Sequence record: PX104379.1
Direction: 5' to 3' (one strand)
Length of the DNA stretch: 64,000 nucleotides
DNA from: a phage
Numbering within the stretch: position 1 is the first letter of the stretch; the number at the start of each line of letters is the position of its first letter. Both the position numbers and the translations under genes were made by a program. Below are positions 26,432-37,244 of the stretch, piece by piece. The notes beneath the pieces are model-generated. The model worked only from the letters and a program-made list of their open reading frames with translations, searched no databases and was not told the DNA's origin.

Positions 26432-27858
26432 TAAAATTTTAATTCATTTGCCAAAGCATCTAACTGAGCTCGAGTGGATTCATTTCTTTGATAGCGATTC
26501 TGCTCAGCCTGAATCTGTTGTGAACCTGCTACTTCACTCACTTCAGTTGGAGTAGAATCTTGTTCAATTTCTACCCATTTTTGATTTCCTTTTTGAACAC
26601 CCATCAAAAACTTATTCCACTTATTCTTATCACCATATCGTGATTTGATTTGCTTAATGAGTTGTTGTTCAGCAGCTGCTAGCTCCTCGGTTTCAATGAC
26701 CGCAAGCATAAAATCAGCTGTTGCTGGAAGACCAGCAGATTCTGCAATATCGCTCATGTTAACATCGGAAGAGTCCCAAGCTTGTTTACCAACCTGTGCT
26801 GCAGTCCAAAGAACAGTTTCGGTTTCAACAGCCAGAGCACGCAATTCCTCTGCGATAGCTTTAACAGTTGTGTAACTATTTTCTGAATAAACTCTAATGC
26901 GGCAAGATTTACAAATACCTAGATAGTCGACAATAATGATTGTTGGAACAAAATTCTTCTTGAGCTTTAATTCATTTAAAAGTGATCGAAATGTATTAGC
27001 GTCTGCTCCACCAGTAGGATATTGCTTAACGATTAAACGACCAAGGGTAGATTTCTCACGCCATTTTTCCATTTTTCCTTTATACTCAGCGTAAGAAATA
27101 TGTCCATCATCAATGTCATCAAGAGAAACATCAAGCATGTTAGCGTCAATACGCTTAGCACAGACTTCTTCTGCCATTTCCATGGAGATATAAAGAACGT
27201 TATGACCAAGCTGCAAATAATCTGCTGCTAATGAACAAAGTCCTAATGATTTACCAACGTTAACGCCAGCCATTAAAACGTTCAGTGTTCCAATTTCAGC
27301 TCCGCCTTTAGTAATTTTGTTTAGAATTCTGAGTTTAAATGGAACCTTACGAGCTTTATTCATATAAGATAGCCAACGCGCTTCATAGTCATCCATCCAA
27401 TCATGACCAACGTAGCTATCAAATGAAATTGATAATGCTTGGCGCATGATGTCAGGAATAGCACCTACATCTGGCATTTTCTTATTTCGTTTTTCCGGAG
27501 GAAGCTCAGCATTAGTTTGAATTTCGATTATTTTAGATGTAGCATTAAACATCGCCCTTTGCTGAACATATTTTTCTGTTTCTTTTACTAACCAGCTGTG
27601 GTCTTCTGGAGAATCAGCCAGTTTTGAAATAAGTGTTTTTACACCAGAATATTCTGTTTCAGTAAATGAACTATTTTCTAATGCAACATTTAACGCATTA
27701 ATAGATGGAACGCTATGATACTCATTAACATGAGATTTAATTAATTTGAATGTATTTTTAGCTGGACCACTTTCAAAATATTCTGAATCCATATATGGCC
27801 AAACTTTTGAAAAATAAGCTTGATCAAATATGAGATGAGAAAGAATAATTTCTACCAC
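26431..27858 (-). CDS. 41: replicative DNA helicase gp41 (DnaB-like)
   Basis: 475 aa as T4 gp41; Walker A GVNVGKS. Confidence 0.92.
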   Translation of the reverse strand: MVEIILSHLIFDQAYFSKVWPYMDSEYFESGPAKNTFKLIKSHVNEYHSVPSINALNVALENSSFTETEYSGVKTLISKLADSPEDHSWLVKETEKYVQQRAMFNATSKIIEIQTNAELPPEKRNKKMPDVGAIPDIMRQALSISFDSYVGHDWMDDYEARWLSYMNKARKVPFKLRILNKITKGGAEIGTLNVLMAGVNVGKSLGLCSLAADYLQLGHNVLYISMEMAEEVCAKRIDANMLDVSLDDIDDGHISYAEYKGKMEKWREKSTLGRLIVKQYPTGGADANTFRSLLNELKLKKNFVPTIIIVDYLGICKSCRIRVYSENSYTTVKAIAEELRALAVETETVLWTAAQVGKQAWDSSDVNMSDIAESAGLPATADFMLAVIETEELAAAEQQLIKQIKSRYGDKNKWNKFLMGVQKGNQKWVEIEQDSTPTEVSEVAGSQQIQAEQNRYQRNESTRAQLDALANELKF

Positions 27859-27867
27859 ACTTACTCC

Positions 27868-28230
27868 TTAAAAGAATTTAAATTTTTTCTTTGACCTTTT
27901 ATTAAATGCATCTTGCAGTTGCATTGTAATACATTTTTCTACATGAGGAGCTAACTCAGCTTTTCTTTCTTGGTCAAGAACAGCAAAGTCCATTACAACC
28001 TTTCCATCAACCCAATCCAGTTTAGTTACATACACTATATGTGTAGAACCATCTTCTAGTTTAATGACAATCTCCTGGATAACATTTTCCATAGCGGATT
28101 TAATTATCTTAAGAGACTCATTAAAAAGACGTTCTTTTCTTTCTTCTTCCCCCTCCAAAGAGGGGGATTCATCGATAATTTCTAGATCTAAATCTAAATC
28201 ATCTTTATTCATTAAATTCTTCCATATCAC
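27868..28230 (-). CDS. 40: gp40-like protein (120 aa)
   Basis: Size and position between 41 and uvsX. Confidence 0.6.
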   Translation of the reverse strand: MIWKNLMNKDDLDLDLEIIDESPSLEGEEERKERLFNESLKIIKSAMENVIQEIVIKLEDGSTHIVYVTKLDWVDGKVVMDFAVLDQERKAELAPHVEKCITMQLQDAFNKRSKKKFKFF

Positions 28231-29386
28231 TTAACTGCTCGAGGTCAGTTTCTAAATCAGCAGCTGATTTACTTTTACTTTCTGGAGATTTAAATTTTTC
28301 AACCTTTGAGTTAATCAATTCATCGACTTCAGCTTCAACAATTTCATTACTATCAATAGCACCTAACTGATAAGCACGTTTAATAGCATCTCGGAATGGT
28401 TGATGCTTAAATAAAGGACCCCAGAATGTAGTGCAGTTGGTATCTTTTGCACGCCAAGATTTTTCTTCGCGAATCATCTCGCCGGTTTCTTCATCAAGAA
28501 ATTCACGAGCATACCAGCCATTTTTAGGTTTTACCACGAATCCTAATTCTAGAGCCATATCTAACAATCCAGAATAAGGATCGATACCACCGTCAAATTT
28601 AACATCAATAAAGAATTTACTTTTTTCTTTAACGGTACGAGATTTTTCTACATTTAGAACAAATTGATACCCCTGAAGATCAGAACCATCTTTAATCTGA
28701 CGCTTACCGATAATGAATACAGTATCAGCCGAATACATTACGCCTGTACCACCTGTCATCACGGTTTTACTAAACATTTCAATTGTTTCAATTGTATGGT
28801 TAACCGCAACACATGGAATATTTTTAATGCTAAAGTAAGGAGTAACAATACGGAATAATGACTTCAGTGATTTAGCACGAGTCATATCTGCCACAGATTT
28901 TTCATTCAAGGCATCTTCAGTTTCTTTCTTAGAAGCCATATTACCGATTGAGTCGATGAATACAATAACTTTTTCACCGCGCTCAATAGCTTCAAGCTGA
29001 TTCACCATATCAATTTTTAGCTGTTCAACTGACTGAATCGGCGTATGAATTACTCGTTCCGGGTCAACTCCCATGGATCGCAAATAAGCTGGAGTAATAC
29101 CAAATTCGCTATCATAGAATAGACAAACCGCGTCAGGATATTTGTTCAAATATGCCGCAACCATAGTCAAAGACATATTTGATTTAAAGTGTTTAGAAGG
29201 CCCTGCGAAAATAGTTAAACCAGACTGCATGCCGCCATCAATCGCACCAGAAATAGCAATATTAAGCATTGGGATTTTTGTACGGATTACATCCTTTTCA
29301 TTAAAGAATTTAGATGTAGTCAGTTCAGCAGTCATTTTAGAAGTGGAAGCTTTAATCAAACGGGATTTTAAATCTGCAATAGACAT
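28205..29386 (-). CDS. uvsX: UvsX recombinase (RecA-like)
   Basis: 393 aa; RecA fold P-loop GPSKHFKS. Confidence 0.9.
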   Translation of the reverse strand: MSIADLKSRLIKASTSKMTAELTTSKFFNEKDVIRTKIPMLNIAISGAIDGGMQSGLTIFAGPSKHFKSNMSLTMVAAYLNKYPDAVCLFYDSEFGITPAYLRSMGVDPERVIHTPIQSVEQLKIDMVNQLEAIERGEKVIVFIDSIGNMASKKETEDALNEKSVADMTRAKSLKSLFRIVTPYFSIKNIPCVAVNHTIETIEMFSKTVMTGGTGVMYSADTVFIIGKRQIKDGSDLQGYQFVLNVEKSRTVKEKSKFFIDVKFDGGIDPYSGLLDMALELGFVVKPKNGWYAREFLDEETGEMIREEKSWRAKDTNCTTFWGPLFKHQPFRDAIKRAYQLGAIDSNEIVEAEVDELINSKVEKFKSPESKSKSAADLETDLEQLSDMEEFNE

Positions 29387-29463
29387 TCATTTTTTCCATA
29401 GGCATCATTATATTTTCCTCACTGGTTAAAGATAGAGTAATTATAACACAATAAATTTAGGCA

Positions 29464-30312
29464 TTAATCAACTGCTATCGGATGAATAGCATTAAACTTA
29501 TGAAATGCTTCTGATTTTTCTTTGCGCGAAACACACATGCGAAGAACCTTTAATGGCTCGTCTTCTTCACCCAACGATTTTCGTTTTTCAATATTAGAAG
29601 TTTTCCAACGAGCTTGCTCTGGAAACTCTCTATTGATTTGCTCAAGCGCTCTATTATGTTTAGAATTACTACGAATTGAACTACACCCGCCAGGAGCTTG
29701 CGCTTTACCTGATACAACCAGATATTTGAACAAGGCCAAATGCGGATAACCTTGATTAATTAAATTGAGAAATGCATACATATCTTCGCACAAATCAATT
29801 TTTCCATACCCAATTTGTTCTGTCGTAAGTTTTCCAAGGTCATACCATGTATTCGTGAATCCATATGAATTTTCACGATAATTACCCCAAGATGAAGTAA
29901 TTTTAAAAATAGGTAGACGAGCATGACCGTGATAATACCCGCAATCCATAGCATCTTCAACGTATTGAATCAATTCGTAGAATTGTTCACGGGTTAATTG
30001 ATTGACTTTATCTACACAGCGACGATCATCTCTTTTTCGCATTGAGCTCATACGAATCGTAGTATCATCGTCAATCATCCAGATTCGTTGACCTGCATAC
30101 ATATCAGTAATTGCTTTACGAGTACCGGCAATTCCGTTTACATCATCAGGAATAGTTACAATTTTAGCTCTAGACCCGTAAGCGTCATAATAAGCTTTTT
30201 CTTCGTGTTCACGCACTACAATATGGGGTTCATAATCAGTTGGAAACATATCAAGGGCAGAAACTGCCCCAACACGCTGATAGCTTGGAATTACGAATTG
30301 AATCATTTCCAC
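29464..30312 (-). CDS. putative GT-A glycosyltransferase at the beta-gt locus (282 aa), not T4 beta-gt
   Basis: FVIPSYQR and DxD-like MIDDDTT motifs; lies between uvsX and 42; T4 beta-gt is 351 aa with a different sequence. Confidence 0.55.
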   Translation of the reverse strand: MEMIQFVIPSYQRVGAVSALDMFPTDYEPHIVVREHEEKAYYDAYGSRAKIVTIPDDVNGIAGTRKAITDMYAGQRIWMIDDDTTIRMSSMRKRDDRRCVDKVNQLTREQFYELIQYVEDAMDCGYYHGHARLPIFKITSSWGNYRENSYGFTNTWYDLGKLTTEQIGYGKIDLCEDMYAFLNLINQGYPHLALFKYLVVSGKAQAPGGCSSIRSNSKHNRALEQINREFPEQARWKTSNIEKRKSLGEEDEPLKVLRMCVSRKEKSEAFHKFNAIHPIAVD

Positions 30313-31043
30313 TCACCGTTATAATCTTTTTTCACAATATGAGTTTCGCCAGTATTCCACCAATGATCAACCAAGTAAAAATGACGAGAATATACATGAA
30401 GACTTCCAACATTCCATATAATAGAACCTGCTTTATACTGACGAGTTGAATCGCCTGCATTCAAATCAGATACTAATTTATCTAATACGTATTTTTGCCA
30501 TGCATAATCATTACGGAATCCGAAGACCACGTCATTTGAACGCATGCTTACTACTGCATTGACTTTCTTATCACGAATCAGGTACTGTACTGTATTAGTA
30601 CACATGAAATCTGACATACCATCTTTATTGTAGTCAAATTGCATGGATGGACGAGTATAAATCATGATACCACGTCGAGAATCAGGATTTTGACCAAGTT
30701 CAGCTAAACACATATCATACTGGGCATAGTTATCTTCTGACCAAATAGCCCAACCATAATTCGAGTTAATTTCGCCTTTAGAAGATGCTACCTGCTGCCA
30801 AATCTTTGGTGTTTCACCTGGAATATCTTTAACAAACAAGCTCTTAGATTTATACCATTCAAGTTCGCGCTGAATGTATTCATCATTAAGAGCGCCAAAA
30901 ATAAACGGTTCATCTGCTACAAATGATGCGCCAATAATTTCAATAGTTTTAACACCGGTTTTATCAACTACGAAATCTTTTTCTTTTAATGCAAGCCCCA
31001 AATGAAGACGGATTTCTTCAACTGTCATAGAGTCACTAATCAT
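30303..31043 (-). CDS. 42: dCMP hydroxymethylase gp42
   Basis: 246 aa as T4 gp42; thymidylate-synthase-like fold. Confidence 0.9.
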   Translation of the reverse strand: MISDSMTVEEIRLHLGLALKEKDFVVDKTGVKTIEIIGASFVADEPFIFGALNDEYIQRELEWYKSKSLFVKDIPGETPKIWQQVASSKGEINSNYGWAIWSEDNYAQYDMCLAELGQNPDSRRGIMIYTRPSMQFDYNKDGMSDFMCTNTVQYLIRDKKVNAVVSMRSNDVVFGFRNDYAWQKYVLDKLVSDLNAGDSTRQYKAGSIIWNVGSLHVYSRHFYLVDHWWNTGETHIVKKDYNGEWK

Positions 31044-31050
31044 TTAAACC

Positions 31051-31200
31051 TCAATTGATACATTCATATTTAACTTGTAACAGTAATAAACTCCACCCTA
31101 AAATAATAGTTGGAATCATAAGAGGAACCGTTACGCTATAGTATATACTTATTATAATCATCAAGATTAAAAGCAACACTGTTATAATTTTGCTTTTCAT
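31051..31200 (-). CDS. small membrane protein (49 aa), start overlaps imm stop
   Basis: MKSKIITVLLLILMIIISIYYSVTVPLMIPTIILGWSLLLLQVKYECIN; not in the ORF track. Confidence 0.4.
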   Translation of the reverse strand: MKSKIITVLLLILMIIISIYYSVTVPLMIPTIILGWSLLLLQVKYECIN

Positions 31201-31448
31201 TCCTTCTCTCTGATGATAATTACTTGATTTTGTTGTGCAGACTTTTTAGTTTCACCCGCAATTGACCAAATAAATGTAATAAACCAACCAATAATTGACC
31301 AGTTAAACAGTAAAGATGTGAAAAAGATTCCTACTGTCGATTTTGACCCACGCATCAAGGCGATAAACCATGGAAGCATGTATATAATAATAGCCAACAC
31401 ACCTGAAACTAAAACCATAAAAATTGAACCTGCTACTAAAGTTTCCAT
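31197..31448 (-). CDS. imm: Imm superinfection immunity membrane protein
   Basis: 83 aa as T4 Imm; two TM helices. Confidence 0.75.
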   Translation of the reverse strand: METLVAGSIFMVLVSGVLAIIIYMLPWFIALMRGSKSTVGIFFTSLLFNWSIIGWFITFIWSIAGETKKSAQQNQVIIIREKE

Positions 31449-31455
31449 GTTTTCC

Positions 31456-31836
31456 TCACTTAGTCAAATTTTTTACGCATGAATTATAAGAATTCACTAC
31501 ATACTCCATCGGAGCATTTTTACCAGTACGCCATTGGTAATTATTAGCCCAATTAGCCCAAAGCTCGGCGCAGTAATTTTCAATTTTTTCTTCGCGTGTA
31601 ATTACATCAGAATTACGATATGCTTGAGCAGATTCATCTGGACGAATAGCTTCGTCAAAATTCGCCTGCATTTGTTCGACTGTTTGCTTTGGAGCTTCTT
31701 TATAACACTTGACATTAGGATTATAAAATTTGCTTGAACAGTTTACAATTTTTCCTACATCAGACTGATTTACTACCGGTCCTTGAGCTACACAACCAGT
31801 AAGACCTAATGCAATAACCAAAATAGCGATTTTCAT
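31456..31836 (-). CDS. putative lipoprotein (126 aa)
   Basis: Signal peptide with lipobox LTGC. Confidence 0.5.
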   Translation of the reverse strand: MKIAILVIALGLTGCVAQGPVVNQSDVGKIVNCSSKFYNPNVKCYKEAPKQTVEQMQANFDEAIRPDESAQAYRNSDVITREEKIENYCAELWANWANNYQWRTGKNAPMEYVVNSYNSCVKNLTK

Positions 31837-31848
31837 AATAATTTCCTC

Positions 31849-32100
31849 TTAAAACTTAACAAATAACTTTAAAGCATCTTCAGTTTTAATTCCTTTTCTT
31901 ACACCCATAACAGAAATTGGCTGTGACTGAAATTTTCCTTTACCATTATAAATTTCTAATCCAGTAACCATTCCATTTTGTTCTATAATACCGTAAGTAT
32001 TACCTTCATTTTCAAACTCTTTAACTTTAAAGAGTTTATTAGCTTTTTCTGCGTTAACAACTTTTAAATTTTGAATAAAATTAGTTTGAATATTTTTCAT
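31849..32100 (-). CDS. hypothetical protein (83 aa)
   Basis: ORF track; GGAGG RBS downstream of an early promoter. Confidence 0.5.
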   Translation of the reverse strand: MKNIQTNFIQNLKVVNAEKANKLFKVKEFENEGNTYGIIEQNGMVTGLEIYNGKGKFQSQPISVMGVRKGIKTEDALKLFVKF

Positions 32101-32128
32101 TTTGTGTTCCTCCGTAGTTGATAGTTGT

Positions 32129-32158
32129 ATAGTACCATGGAAGAACAGTCTTGTAAAC
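32129..32158 (-). promoter_or_regulatory. T4-type early promoter
   Basis: Minus strand GTTTACAagactgttcttccatggTACTAT. Confidence 0.6.
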
Positions 32159-32245
32159 AGTTTTGTGAAAATTTTTTAGGGAATTCTAAATGTCCAGAAT
32201 CATCTGTTTTTCATAAGTATAGATTTATATTACTTGTATGAAAAA

Positions 32246-32261
32246 GGGACCCGGAGGTCCC
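32246..32261 (-). terminator. GC hairpin
   Basis: gggacc-cgga-ggtccc. Confidence 0.5.
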
Positions 32262-32274
32262 TAGATTTATTCTA

Positions 32275-34971
32275 TCAGCCAAACAGGAAGTCTAACGAAG
32301 CTTTTTCTTCATAGTCCATACCAGCCGATTCACACATGCCTGCAAGCGGTTTAACAAACGATTTTTGGAACAAAGTTGAGTAGTCAATCCAAGACAGTAC
32401 GTCAGAACGAATTTCTTTTGGAAGTTCTGTACCCGACGGCCAAGCAATGCATTTGTCACCAAATGGATTTCCTTCACGCAATGGAAGAACCATTACTTTA
32501 TTTCCATCCAAAATTGGAGCTACACCTAAACCGCTAACAGCTCGACGATAAGTTAGCACCCCACGAATATGGAACGGACATTTAAATCCTGGCCAACCTT
32601 TATCATCATATTTCGCTATATCGTTCGCAGTTTTTACTTCAGCAATAACTTTATAGTCAAGTTGACGATATTCTTTCTCAAAGTTCTTGTAATATTCTTG
32701 AACAGACTCTTCACCTTCCTGAAGAATACGACGAATACTTTCTTCGAGAGCTTCTTGGACCGCTTTAGGCGTTGAACTCTGCTGAGTTTCCATACCCATG
32801 ATTTTTAGATGTGGTTCAGCAAAACGCTTATCTTCCATATCATAAACGTTCAGAGCATAACGCTTTTTCGCTTTCCAAAATCCGCCAACGCCCTTTGAAC
32901 CAAGTGGAGGGCAAGAAATAGCTTCACGGTCCATATGCATCAGATGCTCGCGGTTATTCATATAATCACATAACTCACGATATGCAACATCAATCATAGG
33001 TTCCATCTTTTTCTTACCGAACTGATTCATGAATTCAACTAAATCGTTCTGCTCTTTGAATCGGTCAAGACCAACTTTTTCAATAACTTTATCTACACAA
33101 ACATATACCGAATCAGTATCACCTGCTGCAATGAAATCTTCGCCATTAGTTCCGCATACTTTATTCAGATATTCATTAATTTTACGAGCAATCCACTGAA
33201 TACCAACTTGGCCGAAAATTGTGATAGCAGTAGCATTTCGCAAATCATAGTAACGGAAATGAATATTACCAAGAGCACCATAAAGACTGTTAATAAGAAT
33301 TTTACGGTTCAGCTGATTTGTGTTAGCAAGTGTAGCCGCTTTTTCACATTCTTCGATCAGACTATTAAGAACAGATTCAGTATAATTCGATAGTTCATTT
33401 AAGAAATCATCACTGAACTTAACATATCGTTCAACTTCAGGTTTAGTTGAACAAGACCCTGCGCCTTTCATAATAATCTTTTTAATAGCTTCGGCATTCA
33501 TTTCTTCAGCGAACATTTTCTTTTTCCAATCTTTACGCTGGAAAAATACTTTAGCGATTTCCTTTGGAATGATACCTTCTTGATGCTTATCGTACATCCA
33601 TCCATTCGGAGAACAAGAATATTCATCACTCGGTTTAGGAGCTGTTCCTGCGATATATTCATGAATTGGATGAACTTTAAACTGACCACGAATAGTCTCA
33701 GGACTAATGTTAACCTGACGAATAATGCTCGGATACAGAGACGTCAAGTCAAAACTCATAATATATCGACGAGCAATTGGTTTAGGTTCAAATACGAATG
33801 CACCCGGAAAACTCTGTTTAACGTGCGAACCTTGTTGAGGAATAACCTTATGTTCACCTTTCAATGAGTTAAAAATAATAGCATCCCAGGTTTTAATAGG
33901 ACTCATTACACCGGAAAAAGGCATTTTAGCGTAATAAGACATACTTAAAACTAGATCGATAAACCCGCGAATTTTATCAATTGCTTGAACTGATTCTACG
34001 TCAATGATGTTATAACTAATGTATCGTTGATGATTAGTCTCACGAAGTTTATTAATAGGACCGTCGTATGGTAATTTACCTTTTTTGGTTTCATGCTGAG
34101 CAACTGATTCCAAAGAGAATGACGGCAAATTAGTAAATGCGAATTTCTTATACAAATCTAAATAATCAAGAATAGATACGCCATCAATAGAATAAATTTC
34201 TTTGCTACCGTACATATTTTGGATAAGTTTAGATTTTACTCGACCGATTGGAGAGAAGCGTTTCATACTACGTTCACCGAGAACCATTTTAACGCGATTC
34301 ATGATATACGGAACGTCAAATCCCTCAATATTCCAACCAGTAAAAATAGCAGGTCGTTTCTGTTCCCAAAGATTAATATATTCCATGAGCATATCACGCT
34401 CATTATCGAATGGCATATAAATTACTCGGTCAAGAATTTCTTGAGGAACTTCATCACCACCTTCACAGTCAAGCTTAGCAGCTAACTTTGCATCCCATTT
34501 TGATACTGAACCGTACATTGAATTCAAAAGGTCGAAAACATAAAAACGATCATCAATTGAATCGTAATGAGTGATAGCATCAATTTCATATTCAGCTTTC
34601 ATTGGGTCAGGAAATTTATCACCAGTAACCTCAATGTCACAGTTAGCTACACGAACAAATTTTCGGTCATAAACAATTTCTGAACCGTATGTATCACTGA
34701 TATAAGCGAGTTTAAAATCGTTCATACCGAGAGCTTCGAGACCGATGTCTTCCATTCGTTTCATCCAATCTCGAGCATCTTTCATTGATGGAAATTTTTG
34801 AGGAGCGCAGTTTTTACCATAGATGTCTTTGTACTTTGACTCTTCCTTACAATGCCTAAACATAGTTGGAAGATATTCTACTTCACGAGTACGTTCCTTT
34901 CCATTTTCATCAATATAACGTTCAACAATATTATTTCCGACTGTTTCAATAGAGATATAAAATTCTTTCAT
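32275..34971 (-). CDS. 43: DNA polymerase gp43 (family B)
   Basis: 898 aa as T4 gp43. Confidence 0.95.
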   Translation of the reverse strand: MKEFYISIETVGNNIVERYIDENGKERTREVEYLPTMFRHCKEESKYKDIYGKNCAPQKFPSMKDARDWMKRMEDIGLEALGMNDFKLAYISDTYGSEIVYDRKFVRVANCDIEVTGDKFPDPMKAEYEIDAITHYDSIDDRFYVFDLLNSMYGSVSKWDAKLAAKLDCEGGDEVPQEILDRVIYMPFDNERDMLMEYINLWEQKRPAIFTGWNIEGFDVPYIMNRVKMVLGERSMKRFSPIGRVKSKLIQNMYGSKEIYSIDGVSILDYLDLYKKFAFTNLPSFSLESVAQHETKKGKLPYDGPINKLRETNHQRYISYNIIDVESVQAIDKIRGFIDLVLSMSYYAKMPFSGVMSPIKTWDAIIFNSLKGEHKVIPQQGSHVKQSFPGAFVFEPKPIARRYIMSFDLTSLYPSIIRQVNISPETIRGQFKVHPIHEYIAGTAPKPSDEYSCSPNGWMYDKHQEGIIPKEIAKVFFQRKDWKKKMFAEEMNAEAIKKIIMKGAGSCSTKPEVERYVKFSDDFLNELSNYTESVLNSLIEECEKAATLANTNQLNRKILINSLYGALGNIHFRYYDLRNATAITIFGQVGIQWIARKINEYLNKVCGTNGEDFIAAGDTDSVYVCVDKVIEKVGLDRFKEQNDLVEFMNQFGKKKMEPMIDVAYRELCDYMNNREHLMHMDREAISCPPLGSKGVGGFWKAKKRYALNVYDMEDKRFAEPHLKIMGMETQQSSTPKAVQEALEESIRRILQEGEESVQEYYKNFEKEYRQLDYKVIAEVKTANDIAKYDDKGWPGFKCPFHIRGVLTYRRAVSGLGVAPILDGNKVMVLPLREGNPFGDKCIAWPSGTELPKEIRSDVLSWIDYSTLFQKSFVKPLAGMCESAGMDYEEKASLDFLFG

Positions 34972-35030
34972 AGATATTCCTTAGTTTATAGCCCGAGTTA
35001 TTAGGCTCTTGATATATTATACTCCAAATA

Positions 35031-35046
35031 AGGGGCCGAAGCCCCT
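35031..35046 (-). terminator. GC hairpin (UUCG loop) between regA region and gene 43
   Basis: aggggccgaagcccct; a TATAAT follows on the minus strand upstream of 43. Confidence 0.5.
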
Positions 35047-35051
35047 TTGCT

Positions 35052-35288
35052 TTAAATTTCTATTGTACGACGCGATATAACGGACTTGCCATCTGTATTT
35101 GTGGTTTTGATAATCGCATGAAATGCGCGTTGGCGTGGGTAAACTAATCGTTGGAATTCTTTTTGGAATTCTATTTGTTTATCTTCAGGGAGGTCAAAAA
35201 CCAGTTGGGTAGAAGACAGACCATATGTTTGTTTTAGATTTTCGAATATTAGAAAAGCTTCGGTAAACTGAATCTCTGATTGTGTCAT
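35052..35288 (-). CDS. hypothetical small protein (~78 aa)
   Basis: ORF track 35052..35339; internal ATG avoids overlap with regA. Confidence 0.3.
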   Translation of the reverse strand: MTQSEIQFTEAFLIFENLKQTYGLSSTQLVFDLPEDKQIEFQKEFQRLVYPRQRAFHAIIKTTNTDGKSVISRRTIEI

Positions 35289-35298
35289 ATAATTTACC

Positions 35299-35667
35299 TT
35301 AATTACCAATCGTATATTTAGGAACGAGTTTCCATTCATGTTTTTGTTTAAAAGAAATAACTCGGAAGTTATTAGTTAAATCTTTCATAAAAGTTCTTTG
35401 ACCAGGAACGATTTCAATCAGTCCCCAATCTTCTAATAGCCATGCAATCGAATCACGACGAACTTCATCTTCTTCTGTCATTTCAACTTGGCGACCATCC
35501 ATACGAAGCATTTCTTTAAAATGAACGATATAGTATAGTCCTTTTTTCTGAAGAATATGACAGGACTGATACAGAACTTTATCTTTATTATTAGCAATTC
35601 CCATACGAGTCAAAGTTTCTTTTACTTTCAGAAAATCTTCAGGTTTTTTAAGAGTAATTTCAATCAT
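35299..35667 (-). CDS. regA: RegA translational repressor
   Basis: 122 aa as T4 RegA. Confidence 0.88.
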   Translation of the reverse strand: MIEITLKKPEDFLKVKETLTRMGIANNKDKVLYQSCHILQKKGLYYIVHFKEMLRMDGRQVEMTEEDEVRRDSIAWLLEDWGLIEIVPGQRTFMKDLTNNFRVISFKQKHEWKLVPKYTIGN

Positions 35668-35668
35668 T

Positions 35669-36232
35669 TTACCATTCCAATGCTAGTTTTTTGAGTTGTT
35701 TCTGTTCTTTTACGTTCTTAGTCACTTCTTTTAAAAAATCATCCGTGACTAATCCTTTAAGTTCTTTTAATACTAAAGGTAGTTTTCCATTTTTAGTAAG
35801 AATTGATTTATAGTTAATTGCATCATTTGTATTAACTTGATACCGCTTAGCAAGTAACTTAATAATCAATACTTCGGTGGAATCTTCAACTAGTTTTGCC
35901 CATTTACCATATCTTTTACCACGAGGAACTGCAGCCATTAGATAATTAAAATGAGCTTCATCACTTAAGCCTGATCCAATTAAATTCATAGCATATACAG
36001 CTGGCATGCACTCTGGAAATTGTGATAATGCATTTTCAACCATGAATTTTGAATAATCTTTTTGAGCAATAGAGCATTTAGTTTTATTATTAATAGCTCC
36101 AATTATTTCAAAAAATTCATTTTCAGCTTTTTCTTTAAAAGTATCAGCAGCAGATTGGACAGCTGTCCAATCTTTAGAATACCAAGCAACTTGATGCTCG
36201 TTTAATTGAATATCATCTTCAAATAAGCTCAT
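35669..36232 (-). CDS. 62: clamp loader small subunit gp62
   Basis: 187 aa as T4 gp62. Confidence 0.88.
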   Translation of the reverse strand: MSLFEDDIQLNEHQVAWYSKDWTAVQSAADTFKEKAENEFFEIIGAINNKTKCSIAQKDYSKFMVENALSQFPECMPAVYAMNLIGSGLSDEAHFNYLMAAVPRGKRYGKWAKLVEDSTEVLIIKLLAKRYQVNTNDAINYKSILTKNGKLPLVLKELKGLVTDDFLKEVTKNVKEQKQLKKLALEW

Positions 36233-36233
36233 A

Positions 36234-37193
36234 TCACTTCCACTGCATTTCGCATGCTAATTGAATGAAAAGATAAGCTAAATGCAATTCAGTATTAGCT
36301 GCAATACCATGATACTGATTATTTTCGCCGACAATTTCGTACATACGAATAATACTCTGTGGAGTTACACGTGAATAGATTTCTTCGGCAAGTTTACCCA
36401 CGAACCACGAATAATCGGCTGCATATTTTGGTGCTAAAGCTCTGAGTTGTTTAACATCTTTATTTTTGAGAGACTCAAGAACATCATCAATAGCACCACG
36501 ATCGTTAGTAACCAGTGATAAAATACCAGCATCCAAAACACCTTTAGATGAATAACTATCGAGCTCGCCAATAGTTTTACGAAAATCAGGAAAATTCTTT
36601 TTAACCAAAGCTGCTACAACTTTCATATCAGCTATAGCAATACCTTCATGTTTACAGATTTCAGTCAATCGACGAATCATCTGCTTCATCATTTCAATTT
36701 TATCTTCATCGGTCGGTTGACCGAACGTAATAACTCGGCAGCGTGACTGAAGTGGTTTAATAATACCATCAATATTGTTAGCAGTAATAATAATACTACA
36801 GTTTGAACTATAAGCTTCCATAAAAGAACGAAGATGTCGCTGAGATTCTGCTAAACCTGAGCGGTCAAATTCATCAATAACGATTACTTTTTGACGACCA
36901 TCAAATGAAGCTGCACTCGCAAAATTAGTTAAAGGACCACGAACGAAATCAATTTTACAGTCTGATCCATTTACAAACATCATATCAGCATTTACATCAT
37001 GACACAATGCTTTTGCTACAGTTGTTTTACCTGTTCCTGGAGAAGGAGAATGAAGAATAATATGTGGAATCTTACCTTTACTTGTAATAGATTTAAAGGT
37101 TTCTTTATCAAAGGCGGGAAGAATACATTCATCGATAGTAGATGGACGATATTTCTGTTCAAGAATGTGTTCTTTTTCATTTACGGTAATCAT
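36234..37193 (-). CDS. 44: clamp loader large subunit gp44 (AAA+)
   Basis: Start at MITVNEKE (319 aa, as T4 gp44); Walker [11 protein letters not shown]. Confidence 0.9.
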
Positions 37194-37225
37194 AATTTCC
37201 TCATTCAAGTTTTAGTGTAAATTAT

Positions 37226-37239
37226 AAAGGGCCGAAGCC
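37226..37239 (-). terminator. GC hairpin (UUCG loop)
   Basis: agggccgaagccct. Confidence 0.45.
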
Positions 37240-37244
37240 CTCTA

